Source of the DNA: Vicinamibacterales bacterium
GTDB taxonomy: Bacteria; Acidobacteriota; Vicinamibacteria; Vicinamibacterales; UBA2999
Length of the DNA stretch: 64,000 nucleotides
Direction: 5' to 3'
Assembly: GCA_050185275.1 (NCBI GenBank)
Contig: JBFWZN010000004.1
Span: 320,919-384,918, forward strand
Position numbers and translations under genes: made by a program. Position 1 is the stretch's first letter. Each line of letters starts with the position of its first letter. This document shows positions 52,219 through 60,766 of the stretch, piece after piece. A model generated the notes under the pieces. That model ran no database searches. It saw nothing but the letters and a program-made list of their open reading frames with translations, and was not told the DNA's origin.

Positions 52219-54038
52219 CCCGCCGCCTGGATCAGTTCCTCGATGGTGGCGGGCTCGTCGAGCGACCGTCCCACGCGCAGCAGCTGGCACATCCGCCGGT
52301 ACAGGTCGCTCGAGGCGAGCAGGTCGTGGTGCGTGCCCTGCGCCATGATGCGGCCATCGTACAGCACGAGAATCCGGTCCGCATCCTGGATGGTGGACAG
52401 GCGGTGCGCAATCACCAGCGTCGTGCGCCCCTGTCGCAGGCGGCGCAGGGCGGCGAACACCGCCTCCTCCGACAGCGCGTCGAGCGAGGACGTCGGCTCG
52501 TCGAGGATCAGGATCGGGGCGTCCTTGAGCAGGGCCCGCGCAATGCTCAGGCGCTGCCGTTCGCCGCCCGACAGGGCGGCGCCCGCTTCCGACACGGGCG
52601 TGGCGTACCCCTCCGGGAGGCGCATGATGAAATCGTGCGCGTGCGCGGCCCGGGCGGCCGCCTCGACCTGGGCATCGCTCGCCTGGAGGTTGCCGTACCG
52701 GATGTTGTCGGCCACCGTCCCGCCGAACAGGACGGGTTCCTGCAGCACGATCGCGATGCGCTCCCTGAGCCCGCGCAGGCCGTAGCGTGCCACGTCCACC
52801 CCGTCGATCAGCACGTGCCCGTCGGTCGGATCGAAGAAACGCGGCACCAGGCTGGCGAGGGTGGACTTGCCCGCTCCGGTGAGCCCTACGAGCGCCACCA
52901 TCTCGCCGGGCCTGGCCACGAAGCTGATGTCGCGGAGCACGGGCACGTCGGGGCGATAGGAGAAGCCGACGCGGTCGAAGCGAATCTCGCCGGCCAGACC
53001 CGAGGCGTCCACGGCGCCTTCGGCGTCGAACGCCTCCGGCGCATGCCCGAGCACCTCGCGCACGCGGCGCGCGCTGGCGACGGCGTTCTGAAGCGAGCCC
53101 ACGGTGTGCGCGATGGCCGAGAGCGGCCCGTAGACGGCGCCCAGATACGCCACCACCACGAGCAGCGAGCCGAGACTCAGCTCGCCGCGCAGCACGTGGA
53201 TGCCGCCCATCACGAGCACCAGCGCCGTGCCGGCGAGGGTGAGGGCGGTGACCACGAAGGTGAAGAGCGACTCCTGCCACGTGTAGCGCAGCCTGGCCCG
53301 CATCGTCTCGTCCCCGACGCGGGCGAAGCGCTCGAGTTCGTGGTCCTCGCGGGCAAACCCCTTGACGACCTTGATCGACGACAACACTTCGTAGAGCCGC
53401 TCGACGAGGCCCGACTCCAGTTCCTTGACCCGCTCGGCGCGGTCCACCATGCGCGCCGAGTAGAAGCGCAGGCTCGCGTACAGGAACGGCACGACGGCGA
53501 GCGCGAGCAGCGCGAGCGCGGCGTCGAGCCGCAGCAGCACGACGAACATGGCAACGAGCGTCAGGCCGGCGGTGGCCAGCGGCAGCCAGCCGCTCATCAC
53601 GAGGTCGTGAATGCAGTAGGCGTCCGACTCCAGCCGGTAGACGGAGTCGGCGGTGCGGGCCGACAGATGGTGTCGCAGCCCGAGCGCCTGGAGGTGCGAG
53701 AGCAGGCGGCGGCGCAGCGTGTAGACCATGCGCTGCCCCGTGTCCACCTGCACCTGCGTGTTCGCCATGGACACGGCCTGCGCCGCCACCTGCAGCAGGA
53801 AGCCGCCGACGACGATCGCCACGAGCAGCGCGACGGGCGACGGGCCGAGCGTCGCCTGCACCAGGTCGGCGAAAGCCGGCGGCAACGGCGCGCCGGCGAG
53901 GACGTTGTCCACCACCAGCTTCATGGGCCACGGCGCGAGCAGGCCCAGGACCACCTCGGCCAGGGCCAGGCCGCCCAGCCAGACCACCCGTCCCCGCCAG
54001 GGTGTGAGAAACGAGAGGGTCCAGGCAAACAGCGACAT
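52215..54038 (-). CDS. ABC exporter, fused permease/ATPase (MsbA-like)
   Basis: Six-TM N-terminal half; Walker A GLTGAGKSTL, signature LSGGERQRLSIARAL, Walker B ILILDEPTS. Confidence 0.9.
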   Translation of the reverse strand: MSLFAWTLSFLTPWRGRVVWLGGLALAEVVLGLLAPWPMKLVVDNVLAGAPLPPAFADLVQATLGPSPVALLVAIVVGGFLLQVAAQAVSMANTQVQVDTGQRMVYTLRRRLLSHLQALGLRHHLSARTADSVYRLESDAYCIHDLVMSGWLPLATAGLTLVAMFVVLLRLDAALALLALAVVPFLYASLRFYSARMVDRAERVKELESGLVERLYEVLSSIKVVKGFAREDHELERFARVGDETMRARLRYTWQESLFTFVVTALTLAGTALVLVMGGIHVLRGELSLGSLLVVVAYLGAVYGPLSAIAHTVGSLQNAVASARRVREVLGHAPEAFDAEGAVDASGLAGEIRFDRVGFSYRPDVPVLRDISFVARPGEMVALVGLTGAGKSTLASLVPRFFDPTDGHVLIDGVDVARYGLRGLRERIAIVLQEPVLFGGTVADNIRYGNLQASDAQVEAAARAAHAHDFIMRLPEGYATPVSEAGAALSGGERQRLSIARALLKDAPILILDEPTSSLDALSEEAVFAALRRLRQGRTTLVIAHRLSTIQDADRILVLYDGRIMAQGTHHDLLASSDLYRRMCQLLRVGRSLDEPATIEELIQAAG

Positions 54039-54042
54039 CCGC

Positions 54043-57000
54043 CTAGGTGACCTTCCGTCGCCGTGGCGTGGTGGCCTCCACCGGGGCGGGCGCTGGAGCG
54101 TCGCGCAGGCGCACGGCCGAGAGCGCCCCGGTGTCGCTGGCCACGTACAGCCAGCCATCGGGACGATACGCGAGCCGTGTGGGCGACACGAACTGGCGGG
54201 GGCCTCCCACCGTGGCCATCAACCCGCCGGGCAGCACCACGCGCACGCTGCCGTTGTGGTAGTCCGCGATGTACAACGTGACGGCGCCGCCCGACGCGGT
54301 GGCCAAGGCCAGGCCTGCCGGGGCAGACAGGGTCGCGTGTACGGCCGGGCCGCCGTCGCCACCCAGGCCGGCCGTGCCGGTGCCCGCCACCGTCTCGATG
54401 ACGCCGGTGGCGCCGTCCACGCGGCGCACGCGGTGATGCCCCATGTCCGCGATATAGAGATCCCCGTTGGGCGCCAGCGCGAGATCGGCTGGCCGATCGA
54501 GGTGCGCCAGCAGGGCCGGTCCGCCGTCGCCAATCGCATCGGCCTCGCCCGTGAGTCCGTCGCCCGCCACGGTGCGGATGTGCCCGGTCGCCTGGGCGAC
54601 CACCCGGACGCGGTTGTTGAGCGTGTCGGCGATGTAGACATCCCCGTTGGCCGCCACCGCCACGGCGGCGGGTCCGTGCAGCGACGCCTCGATGGCTGGA
54701 CCCAGATCGCCGGCGAAGCCCGAGTCGCCGGAGCCGGCCACCAGCGTCACCGCACCCGTGGCCCGGTCGATGCGACTGATCCGATCGTTACGCGCATCGG
54801 CCACGAAGACGTCGCCGTTGGCCGCCACGGCCATGTCGGCCGGGCTCTGGAAGGGCAGGCCCGTATCACTGCGCGCGAGTTCGATGGTGCTCGAGAGCCG
54901 CTCGTCGAACACCCGGGGATCGAGCCGGCGGATCACGCGGTCGCGTGCATCGCTCAGCACGAGTTCCCCGTCGGGCGCCATGGCCAACGCGGCCGCGCCG
55001 TCGAAGTCCGGTTCCGTGCCCGTCGCCTGCCCGACCGCGGAGGTCGCCACCGGGCGAAGGCGCGCGACCACGACATCGCGCACGATGGATGCGCCGGTGA
55101 GCAGCGCGCTGAGCCCGAGCGCGATCGCCACCACGGCCTGCATCGCCTGCGACAGCGTGGCGGGCCGGAGGGTGACGCGACGTGCACGCGCGGTGCCGGC
55201 CGTCCGCGGCATCGGGATCATGCCCGCACCCGCCGCGGCACGTTGCACGGCCTGCCGCGCAAGGGCGGACGCGGTGGTGGTCTGCCAGACCGCCCGGGCG
55301 AAGATGGCGCCGACGCCCGAGACCGACGCGATGCTGAGCCAGGGCCACCGCAGCGCCACCGCCGCGCTCGTCATGGCCACGGCCAGCAGGCCCAGGGCGA
55401 GCGCCACGACCACGCCGCGCTGGGCCGGACGCAGCCGGAGCCCCGAGCGCAGCAGGACGCGCCCGCCGCCGTGCTCCTCGATGAGGACGCGCAGGTCGAG
55501 CCAGCCCCAGGTCCCGAGCGCGATGCTCACGTCACGGTCCGCGCGCCAGCCGTCATCGATGGCCACCTGCCGCGCGGGCCGTGACGCCCGCAGCAGCCCG
55601 GCCACTTCGGCCAGCAGGGCCGACGGCGAGATCCAGGTCTCGCCCCAGAACGTCTCCTCGTGCGCGCCGCCCACCAGGCCGATCACCGCCGCCCCCAGGT
55701 CCTGGCGACTGGGCGACAACGGCTTCCAGGGCAGCCGGGTGACGCGGTCGGGTTCGACAACCAGTGGCGGCGACAGCAGACCCTTGACGCGGCCGTAGAA
55801 GCGCGCGAAGGGCTGAATGAGGTGCAGCCAGCCAATCAGGGCGCGATGCCGGAACCGGCTGGCCTCGGCGCCGATCGTGGGCAGCCCGCGCAGGTCGGCG
55901 TTCCAGCCGAAGGCGGCACACCGCGCCAGCGTGATCAACCAGCCCGCCACCCCGGCCAGCAGCAGCAGGACCGCGCTGCCGGGGAACGGACTGGCGAGTG
56001 CCAGGGCGCCCACCGCGCAGAGCACGGTGGAGACGAGCAGCCAGCGGGGCGAGTGCGGGAGGAACTGGAACGCGTGGACGTCGGTGCGGTAGACCGAGGG
56101 GAACGCGGCGGTGCCCCAGACGCCGGTATTGACCCGGCGCCCGGACAGCGACCGGACGAACGGCAACGGGCTGTAGATGCGGCCGCGCCACACCATGCTG
56201 CCGTGGACGAACTTCTCGGGGTGGTGCGCGTCGAGCCAGGTCTCGCCTTCGCCGTAGCCGACCTGCTGCCGCCAGTAGGCCTGCACCGAGGTGCGGTGAT
56301 GGTGCCAGACGAGCGCCGAGGGCGCGAAGCCGATCTGCTGCCCCTTGGCCTGCAGCCGCCAGCAGACGTCCACGTCGTCGCCGGCACGCAGGAACACGGG
56401 GTTGAACCCCCCGATGGCCAGCAGCGCCTCGCGGCGGTAAGCCATGTTGCAGCCGGGCACGTGCTCCGCGATCCGGTCGTCGAGCAGCACGTGCGTCGGT
56501 CCGCCGGGCGCACGCGCGACGCACTGCGCCACGAAGGGATCGTCGTGGGGTACGACATTGGGCCCACCGGCCGCGACCACGTCCGAGTGCAGGAACGGCT
56601 GCACGAGGTACGTCAGCCAGTCGGGATCCACGCGCACGTCGGCATCGGTATACGCGACGATCTCGCCCCGTGCGTGCGACAGCCCGACGTTGCGCGCCGC
56701 GCTCAGCCCCGCGTTGGGCGTGTCGAGCACGCGGACCCCGGCGTAGCGCCGGGCGATGGCGCTGGTGGCATCGGTGGAACCGTCATTGACCACCACGATC
56801 TCGACGTCGGGGTAGGTGAGGCCGGTCAGCGCCGTGAGGCAGTCGTCGAGGGTATCGGCTGCGTTGTACGCGCAGACGACCACCGAGACCGACGGCCAGG
56901 CCTGCTGTGCCTCGCGTGGAAACGGCGCCTCGGCGAACGCCTGCGCAACGGCCGCCAGGGCGGGCTTGGGCTGTCGATCGCGATCCACGAGACCGAAGGC

Positions 57001-57786
57001 CCAGTCCTCGACCGCCTGGCCGCCACGCCACCATTCGTCGGTCCACGAATAGGCCACCGCGCCGCAGAGCCCTTCGCGAAACGCCGCCCGCAGGTGCATG
57101 GAGGTGATGGCCGCCTGCCCGTCCAGTCCCTCACGCAGGCTGTCGGCGCCGGCCTCGGCCAGCAGGAGCGGCTTGTGCCCCGCGATCTGCTGCAGCCGCG
57201 CGAGATAGGCGCGCAAGTCCGTCTCGCGGTGCAGGTAGACGTTGAACGAGGCGACGTCGTAGCACTCGGTGTCGAGGTACTCGGTGGGCGGATAGTTCAC
57301 GTAGGTGAGCAGCGCCGCCGGGGCGGCCGCCTTCACCTCGTCGTAGAGCCCCCGCAGGAACCGCTCGACGGCCGGCTCCCCGTGCCAGCGGACGACGGAC
57401 GGGGGGATCTCGTTGCCGAGCGCGAACAGCAGGGCCGCCGGATGGCCGGCCAGCGAGCGTACGGTGGCGGCCGCTTCCCTGCGGATGCGGCGGGCGGCCC
57501 GACGGTCGTCGAGGAACGCGACGTGCTGGGCCCAGGGGATGCCGACGATCAGGCGGAGGTCGTGCCGGGCCGCCTCGTCGAGCACGGCGGGGGACGGCAC
57601 GGTGTAGAGCCGGACCGTGTTGATGCCCGCCGCCTGCATGGCCTGGAAGTCCTGAGCCACCCGCGCGGGGGCCGGGAACTGCTCGCCCCGGACGTCAGGC
57701 GCAAATGTCCCATAGGCGACGCCCTTGATGAGGAAGCGGCGGTCGCCGGCACGCAGGAACTTGCCGTCTACGGTTGGGTGGGTCAC
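54043..57786 (-). CDS. 1247-aa multidomain protein: TIM-barrel glycosidase-like N-terminus + GT2 glycosyltransferase + TM segments + C-terminal NHL-repeat beta-propeller
   Basis: GT2 blocks SVVVCAYNAADTL, VVNDGSTDAT, YTDADV; hydrophobic block around residues 560-720; C-terminal repeats ...GDVYIADTLNNRVRVV..., ...GDLYIADMGHHRVRRV... Confidence 0.8.
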   Translation of the reverse strand: MTHPTVDGKFLRAGDRRFLIKGVAYGTFAPDVRGEQFPAPARVAQDFQAMQAAGINTVRLYTVPSPAVLDEAARHDLRLIVGIPWAQHVAFLDDRRAARRIRREAAATVRSLAGHPAALLFALGNEIPPSVVRWHGEPAVERFLRGLYDEVKAAAPAALLTYVNYPPTEYLDTECYDVASFNVYLHRETDLRAYLARLQQIAGHKPLLLAEAGADSLREGLDGQAAITSMHLRAAFREGLCGAVAYSWTDEWWRGGQAVEDWAFGLVDRDRQPKPALAAVAQAFAEAPFPREAQQAWPSVSVVVCAYNAADTLDDCLTALTGLTYPDVEIVVVNDGSTDATSAIARRYAGVRVLDTPNAGLSAARNVGLSHARGEIVAYTDADVRVDPDWLTYLVQPFLHSDVVAAGGPNVVPHDDPFVAQCVARAPGGPTHVLLDDRIAEHVPGCNMAYRREALLAIGGFNPVFLRAGDDVDVCWRLQAKGQQIGFAPSALVWHHHRTSVQAYWRQQVGYGEGETWLDAHHPEKFVHGSMVWRGRIYSPLPFVRSLSGRRVNTGVWGTAAFPSVYRTDVHAFQFLPHSPRWLLVSTVLCAVGALALASPFPGSAVLLLLAGVAGWLITLARCAAFGWNADLRGLPTIGAEASRFRHRALIGWLHLIQPFARFYGRVKGLLSPPLVVEPDRVTRLPWKPLSPSRQDLGAAVIGLVGGAHEETFWGETWISPSALLAEVAGLLRASRPARQVAIDDGWRADRDVSIALGTWGWLDLRVLIEEHGGGRVLLRSGLRLRPAQRGVVVALALGLLAVAMTSAAVALRWPWLSIASVSGVGAIFARAVWQTTTASALARQAVQRAAAGAGMIPMPRTAGTARARRVTLRPATLSQAMQAVVAIALGLSALLTGASIVRDVVVARLRPVATSAVGQATGTEPDFDGAAALAMAPDGELVLSDARDRVIRRLDPRVFDERLSSTIELARSDTGLPFQSPADMAVAANGDVFVADARNDRISRIDRATGAVTLVAGSGDSGFAGDLGPAIEASLHGPAAVAVAANGDVYIADTLNNRVRVVAQATGHIRTVAGDGLTGEADAIGDGGPALLAHLDRPADLALAPNGDLYIADMGHHRVRRVDGATGVIETVAGTGTAGLGGDGGPAVHATLSAPAGLALATASGGAVTLYIADYHNGSVRVVLPGGLMATVGGPRQFVSPTRLAYRPDGWLYVASDTGALSAVRLRDAPAPAPVEATTPRRRKVT

Positions 57787-58027
57787 GACACGTCTCGCCC
57801 AGCGATCTTACCGGCAAGACCGGGCAGCCACGAAAGGTTCCGCCGGCGGCAAGCCCAGCTGAACGAGCTGACCATCCAGGCGGCGGCGTGGTGCAAATGC
57901 CTCACGAGACGGTTTCGGTCGCAGGCCGCCATCCCTTCAGGCGATCGCGGCTACGACGTCAGCCGGCGTGGGCGCTCGGCGTAGACCGGGCCCCAGGGCC
58001 TCGAGGAGGCCCGGGGCACGGGCGCGG

Positions 58028-58807
58028 TTACTGGCAGGTGTCGGCGATCGATCGGGTCTGGCTGACGTTGAGGCCGCCAACCCCGCCCTCGCCGATCAGC
58101 AGGCCGGTCACGGCCATCCGGTGGCCCGCGAAGCGCTGCAGCGAGGTGACGACGAACTTCAGGTCGAAGGCCTGCTCACCCAGGGCCACCGTCGCCGGAT
58201 CCACACCGGTCTCGCGGCCCATCATGCGCGCGGGCCTGGCGGCCCGGGTGATCCGCCAGGCGTTGCGCCCCTCGCCGGCCTCGAGGCAACCCACCACCTG
58301 CACGAGCGTCCCTTCGGGAAGGGGGCCGGGGCCCTCCTTCCTGATGATCGCCACCCCCTTGGCCGACTCGGCACTCAGCTCGGACGACCCGGCTGGGAAT
58401 CCGTTGGTCCTGAGGATGTGGGCGACGATGTCGGCGTAGGTGTTGGGGTTCAGGGAGCCGGCGAGCGAACCGTCCTCCGAGGCAGGCATGTTCTGGCTGA
58501 TCTGGCGCAGCAGATAGTCCACCGTCGTCTCGCGCCAGTCGTTCCAGAAGACGTCACCGGTGAGCGGCTTGCCCTCACCGCCCGCCAGGTTGCCGCCGTG
58601 ACACTCGGCGCAGTTGGAGCCGTACGCCACCTGGCCACGGTCTGCCTGGCCGTCTGTGTACGCCCCGTCCCACACGGAACGTCCCTGCGCCGGTGCCGGC
58701 TGCTGTCCCGCACGCAGGACGACCACCGCCGAGGTCGCCAGGAACACCACGCCCGCCGCGAGAATCAACCTGCGGGCCCGCACGCCGAGGATGTTGTGGA
58801 GTCGCAT
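58028..58807 (-). CDS. Membrane-anchored c-type cytochrome
   Basis: N-terminal anchor LILAAGVVFLATSAVVVL; haem site CAECH. Confidence 0.75.
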   Translation of the reverse strand: MRLHNILGVRARRLILAAGVVFLATSAVVVLRAGQQPAPAQGRSVWDGAYTDGQADRGQVAYGSNCAECHGGNLAGGEGKPLTGDVFWNDWRETTVDYLLRQISQNMPASEDGSLAGSLNPNTYADIVAHILRTNGFPAGSSELSAESAKGVAIIRKEGPGPLPEGTLVQVVGCLEAGEGRNAWRITRAARPARMMGRETGVDPATVALGEQAFDLKFVVTSLQRFAGHRMAVTGLLIGEGGVGGLNVSQTRSIADTCQ

Positions 58808-59080
58808 AACCGTGGATCATAAAGGCGCCGGCGGGTTCTGTCGAGTCCACGGCCAGCCCCTTCTTCCCCCGGGGCGATTTCCCGAAGCCCTGTGTGCGGT
58901 CAGCGCTCGAGGCGGCTCCCGGCGGCACTGCGCGTGCGCCAGCCGGTGACGGCGACGATGCCCGCAGCACAGCACGCGATCCGCTGCCCGGCGTCGCGTT
59001 CGTACGGTGTCCCGCGTCGCCGCGCCGAGAGCCGCGAAGGATCGAGAGCGCCGACATGCGACGCCGAAGCGCGCACGACG

Positions 59081-60604
59081 CTAGTTGGTGATCTGCCGCA
59101 CCTGCGCGGAGATGCCGGTCTGGCCGGCTGTGGAGGCATTCGCGCCTGACCTCAGCCCCCCAGCGCCGCCAGGCCCCGGCGTGATCTGGTTGTTGCCGCT
59201 GAACGAGCTGCCGGCGCTCAGCAGGATCCCGATCGAGGGACCTCCGGAACCGGACCCGGCATCGCCGCTTCGCCCACCGCTGCCGCCACGCCCGCCGCTG
59301 CCGCCAGACCCCTGGAAGCCGCCGTCGCTGCCGCCAGCACCGCCGGCGCCACCCGCGCCGCCAGCGGCGCCCAGTCCGCCGGCCCCCCCGGCGCCGCCAC
59401 GACCAGTCGTGATCGTGTTGCCGTCGATGGTGGCCTGGCTCGACCCGGCGAGCACGATGCCGAACGACCCGAGGCCGCCCTGGCCGCCGGTCGCCGACCG
59501 GCCGCCTTCGCCACCCTGGCCGCCGCCGCCGCCACCACCAGCGGTGGACGTCAGGCCGAGCGCTGCGCCCGTCCCCCCGCCCCCACCGCCGCCGCCACCG
59601 CCGCCGCGACCGCCGACCTCGCCGCTGCCGCCGGTGCTGGGCTCGTACTGCCCGCTGGCACTCAGCGTCCCGAACTGCGCCGCCGGGGCGCCGTGCCGTC
59701 CGTCGCTTCCCGACACGCCGGCCTCCCCAAAGACACCGTTCCCTCCCTTGCCGAGAAATCCGGCGGAGAAGCCGCCTCTGCCCCCGGCGCCGGCCGTACC
59801 CAGGCCGCCGGAGCCGGGCACGATAGTGCCCGCGTCTCCAGTGCTGCCATTGCCACCAATGGAGCTGTCGGAACTGGCACCGCGGCCCCCAGCGCCGCCG
59901 TTGCCGCTGCCGGCGCCACCATTGCCCGACTGCCCACCCGCCCCACCGGCGCCCGAGCCGCCCGTGTTGGTGCCCCTGGCACCGGCAGCGCCGGGCTGCC
60001 CCGCGGTACCGTTGGCGCCCCCACCCCCCGGGAGCGCGTCTCCCGCGACGATTCGGTTGCGAATGATCTCCATGCCGGTCGCGTTGACGAGGATCACCGC
60101 CGCGGTGTTGCCCCCGAACTGCGTGCCGGTCTCGATGGTCAGGTCCTGCAGGCCGGCCCCGGTGACGTTCTGCGCGGTCACGACAGGGGCCTGCCCCGTG
60201 ATGACGCTGGTGAAGTTGGCCGTGTCCTGCGCCCAGGTGTCAGGGTTGAACCCGCCGACCAGCCGCACGCCCGACGGCAGCGCAATCCGCTCGTTGTAGG
60301 TGCCACCTGCCAGGCGCACCACGCCACCCCCCGCAGCCGCCGCCCGCTCGATGCCACGCATCAGCGTCCGTACCGGCGCGACCTGCGTGCCGGAGTTCGT
60401 GTCGTCGCCGCGCGAGCTCACGAAGAACACGTTCGCGGCAGGTGGAGGAGGCGGCGGTGGCGGTGGGTCAATGGTGGGATCGGTGACGCCGTTGCCGCCG
60501 CCGCCACCGCAGGCCGCCACGAAGAGGGCGCCAAGGACCACGAGGAAGGACCACACACGACGGGAACGGAACGGGAAGCGGCGGGAGGCGGACACTGCGA
60601 TCAC
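59081..60604 (-). CDS. Lipoprotein with right-handed beta-helix N-domain and very long Gly-rich (GGxGG) repeat region
   Basis: GTG 60604 preceded by AGGAG; lipobox FVAAC, poly-Pro linker, FFVSSRGDDTNSGT (DUF1565-like), then ~330 aa of GGAGG/GGNG-type repeats. Confidence 0.7.
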   Translation of the reverse strand: MIAVSASRRFPFRSRRVWSFLVVLGALFVAACGGGGGNGVTDPTIDPPPPPPPPPAANVFFVSSRGDDTNSGTQVAPVRTLMRGIERAAAAGGGVVRLAGGTYNERIALPSGVRLVGGFNPDTWAQDTANFTSVITGQAPVVTAQNVTGAGLQDLTIETGTQFGGNTAAVILVNATGMEIIRNRIVAGDALPGGGGANGTAGQPGAAGARGTNTGGSGAGGAGGQSGNGGAGSGNGGAGGRGASSDSSIGGNGSTGDAGTIVPGSGGLGTAGAGGRGGFSAGFLGKGGNGVFGEAGVSGSDGRHGAPAAQFGTLSASGQYEPSTGGSGEVGGRGGGGGGGGGGGTGAALGLTSTAGGGGGGGQGGEGGRSATGGQGGLGSFGIVLAGSSQATIDGNTITTGRGGAGGAGGLGAAGGAGGAGGAGGSDGGFQGSGGSGGRGGSGGRSGDAGSGSGGPSIGILLSAGSSFSGNNQITPGPGGAGGLRSGANASTAGQTGISAQVRQITN

Positions 60605-60766
60605 GAACGAACTCCTGCAAGGTGGGGCCTCGTCGTGCCCCGGGCGTCTGAAGGCGCAATTGTAGCCCGCTGAGCTGGAGGTCTGCAGCAGCCAGGAACG
60701 GCGCTCCGAGGATGGGGAACTGCCCGGTCGTACCTGCACAGGACTGCGCGCCGCGGCGGCCTGAAC

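Noticed and set aside
55660-57984. 774-aa plus-strand ORF and other long ORFs (54647..55798, 53728..55584) opposite the 1247-aa fusion gene.
   Set aside because: The minus-strand frame carries GT2 and NHL motifs throughout. The plus-strand frames are R/G/A/P-rich with no motif.
57960-58027. GC-rich hairpin (ccccgggcc...ggccctgggg on the minus strand) after the cytochrome c gene, considered as a terminator.
   Set aside because: The stem is imperfect and no U-tract follows it, so the support is insufficient to call.
59085-60299. 404-aa Pro-rich plus-strand ORF opposite the Gly-rich lipoprotein gene.
   Set aside because: Poly-Pro is the complement of poly-Gly codons (GGN/NCC). The minus-strand frame has RBS, lipobox and a beta-helix domain, but expression data would be needed to be certain.
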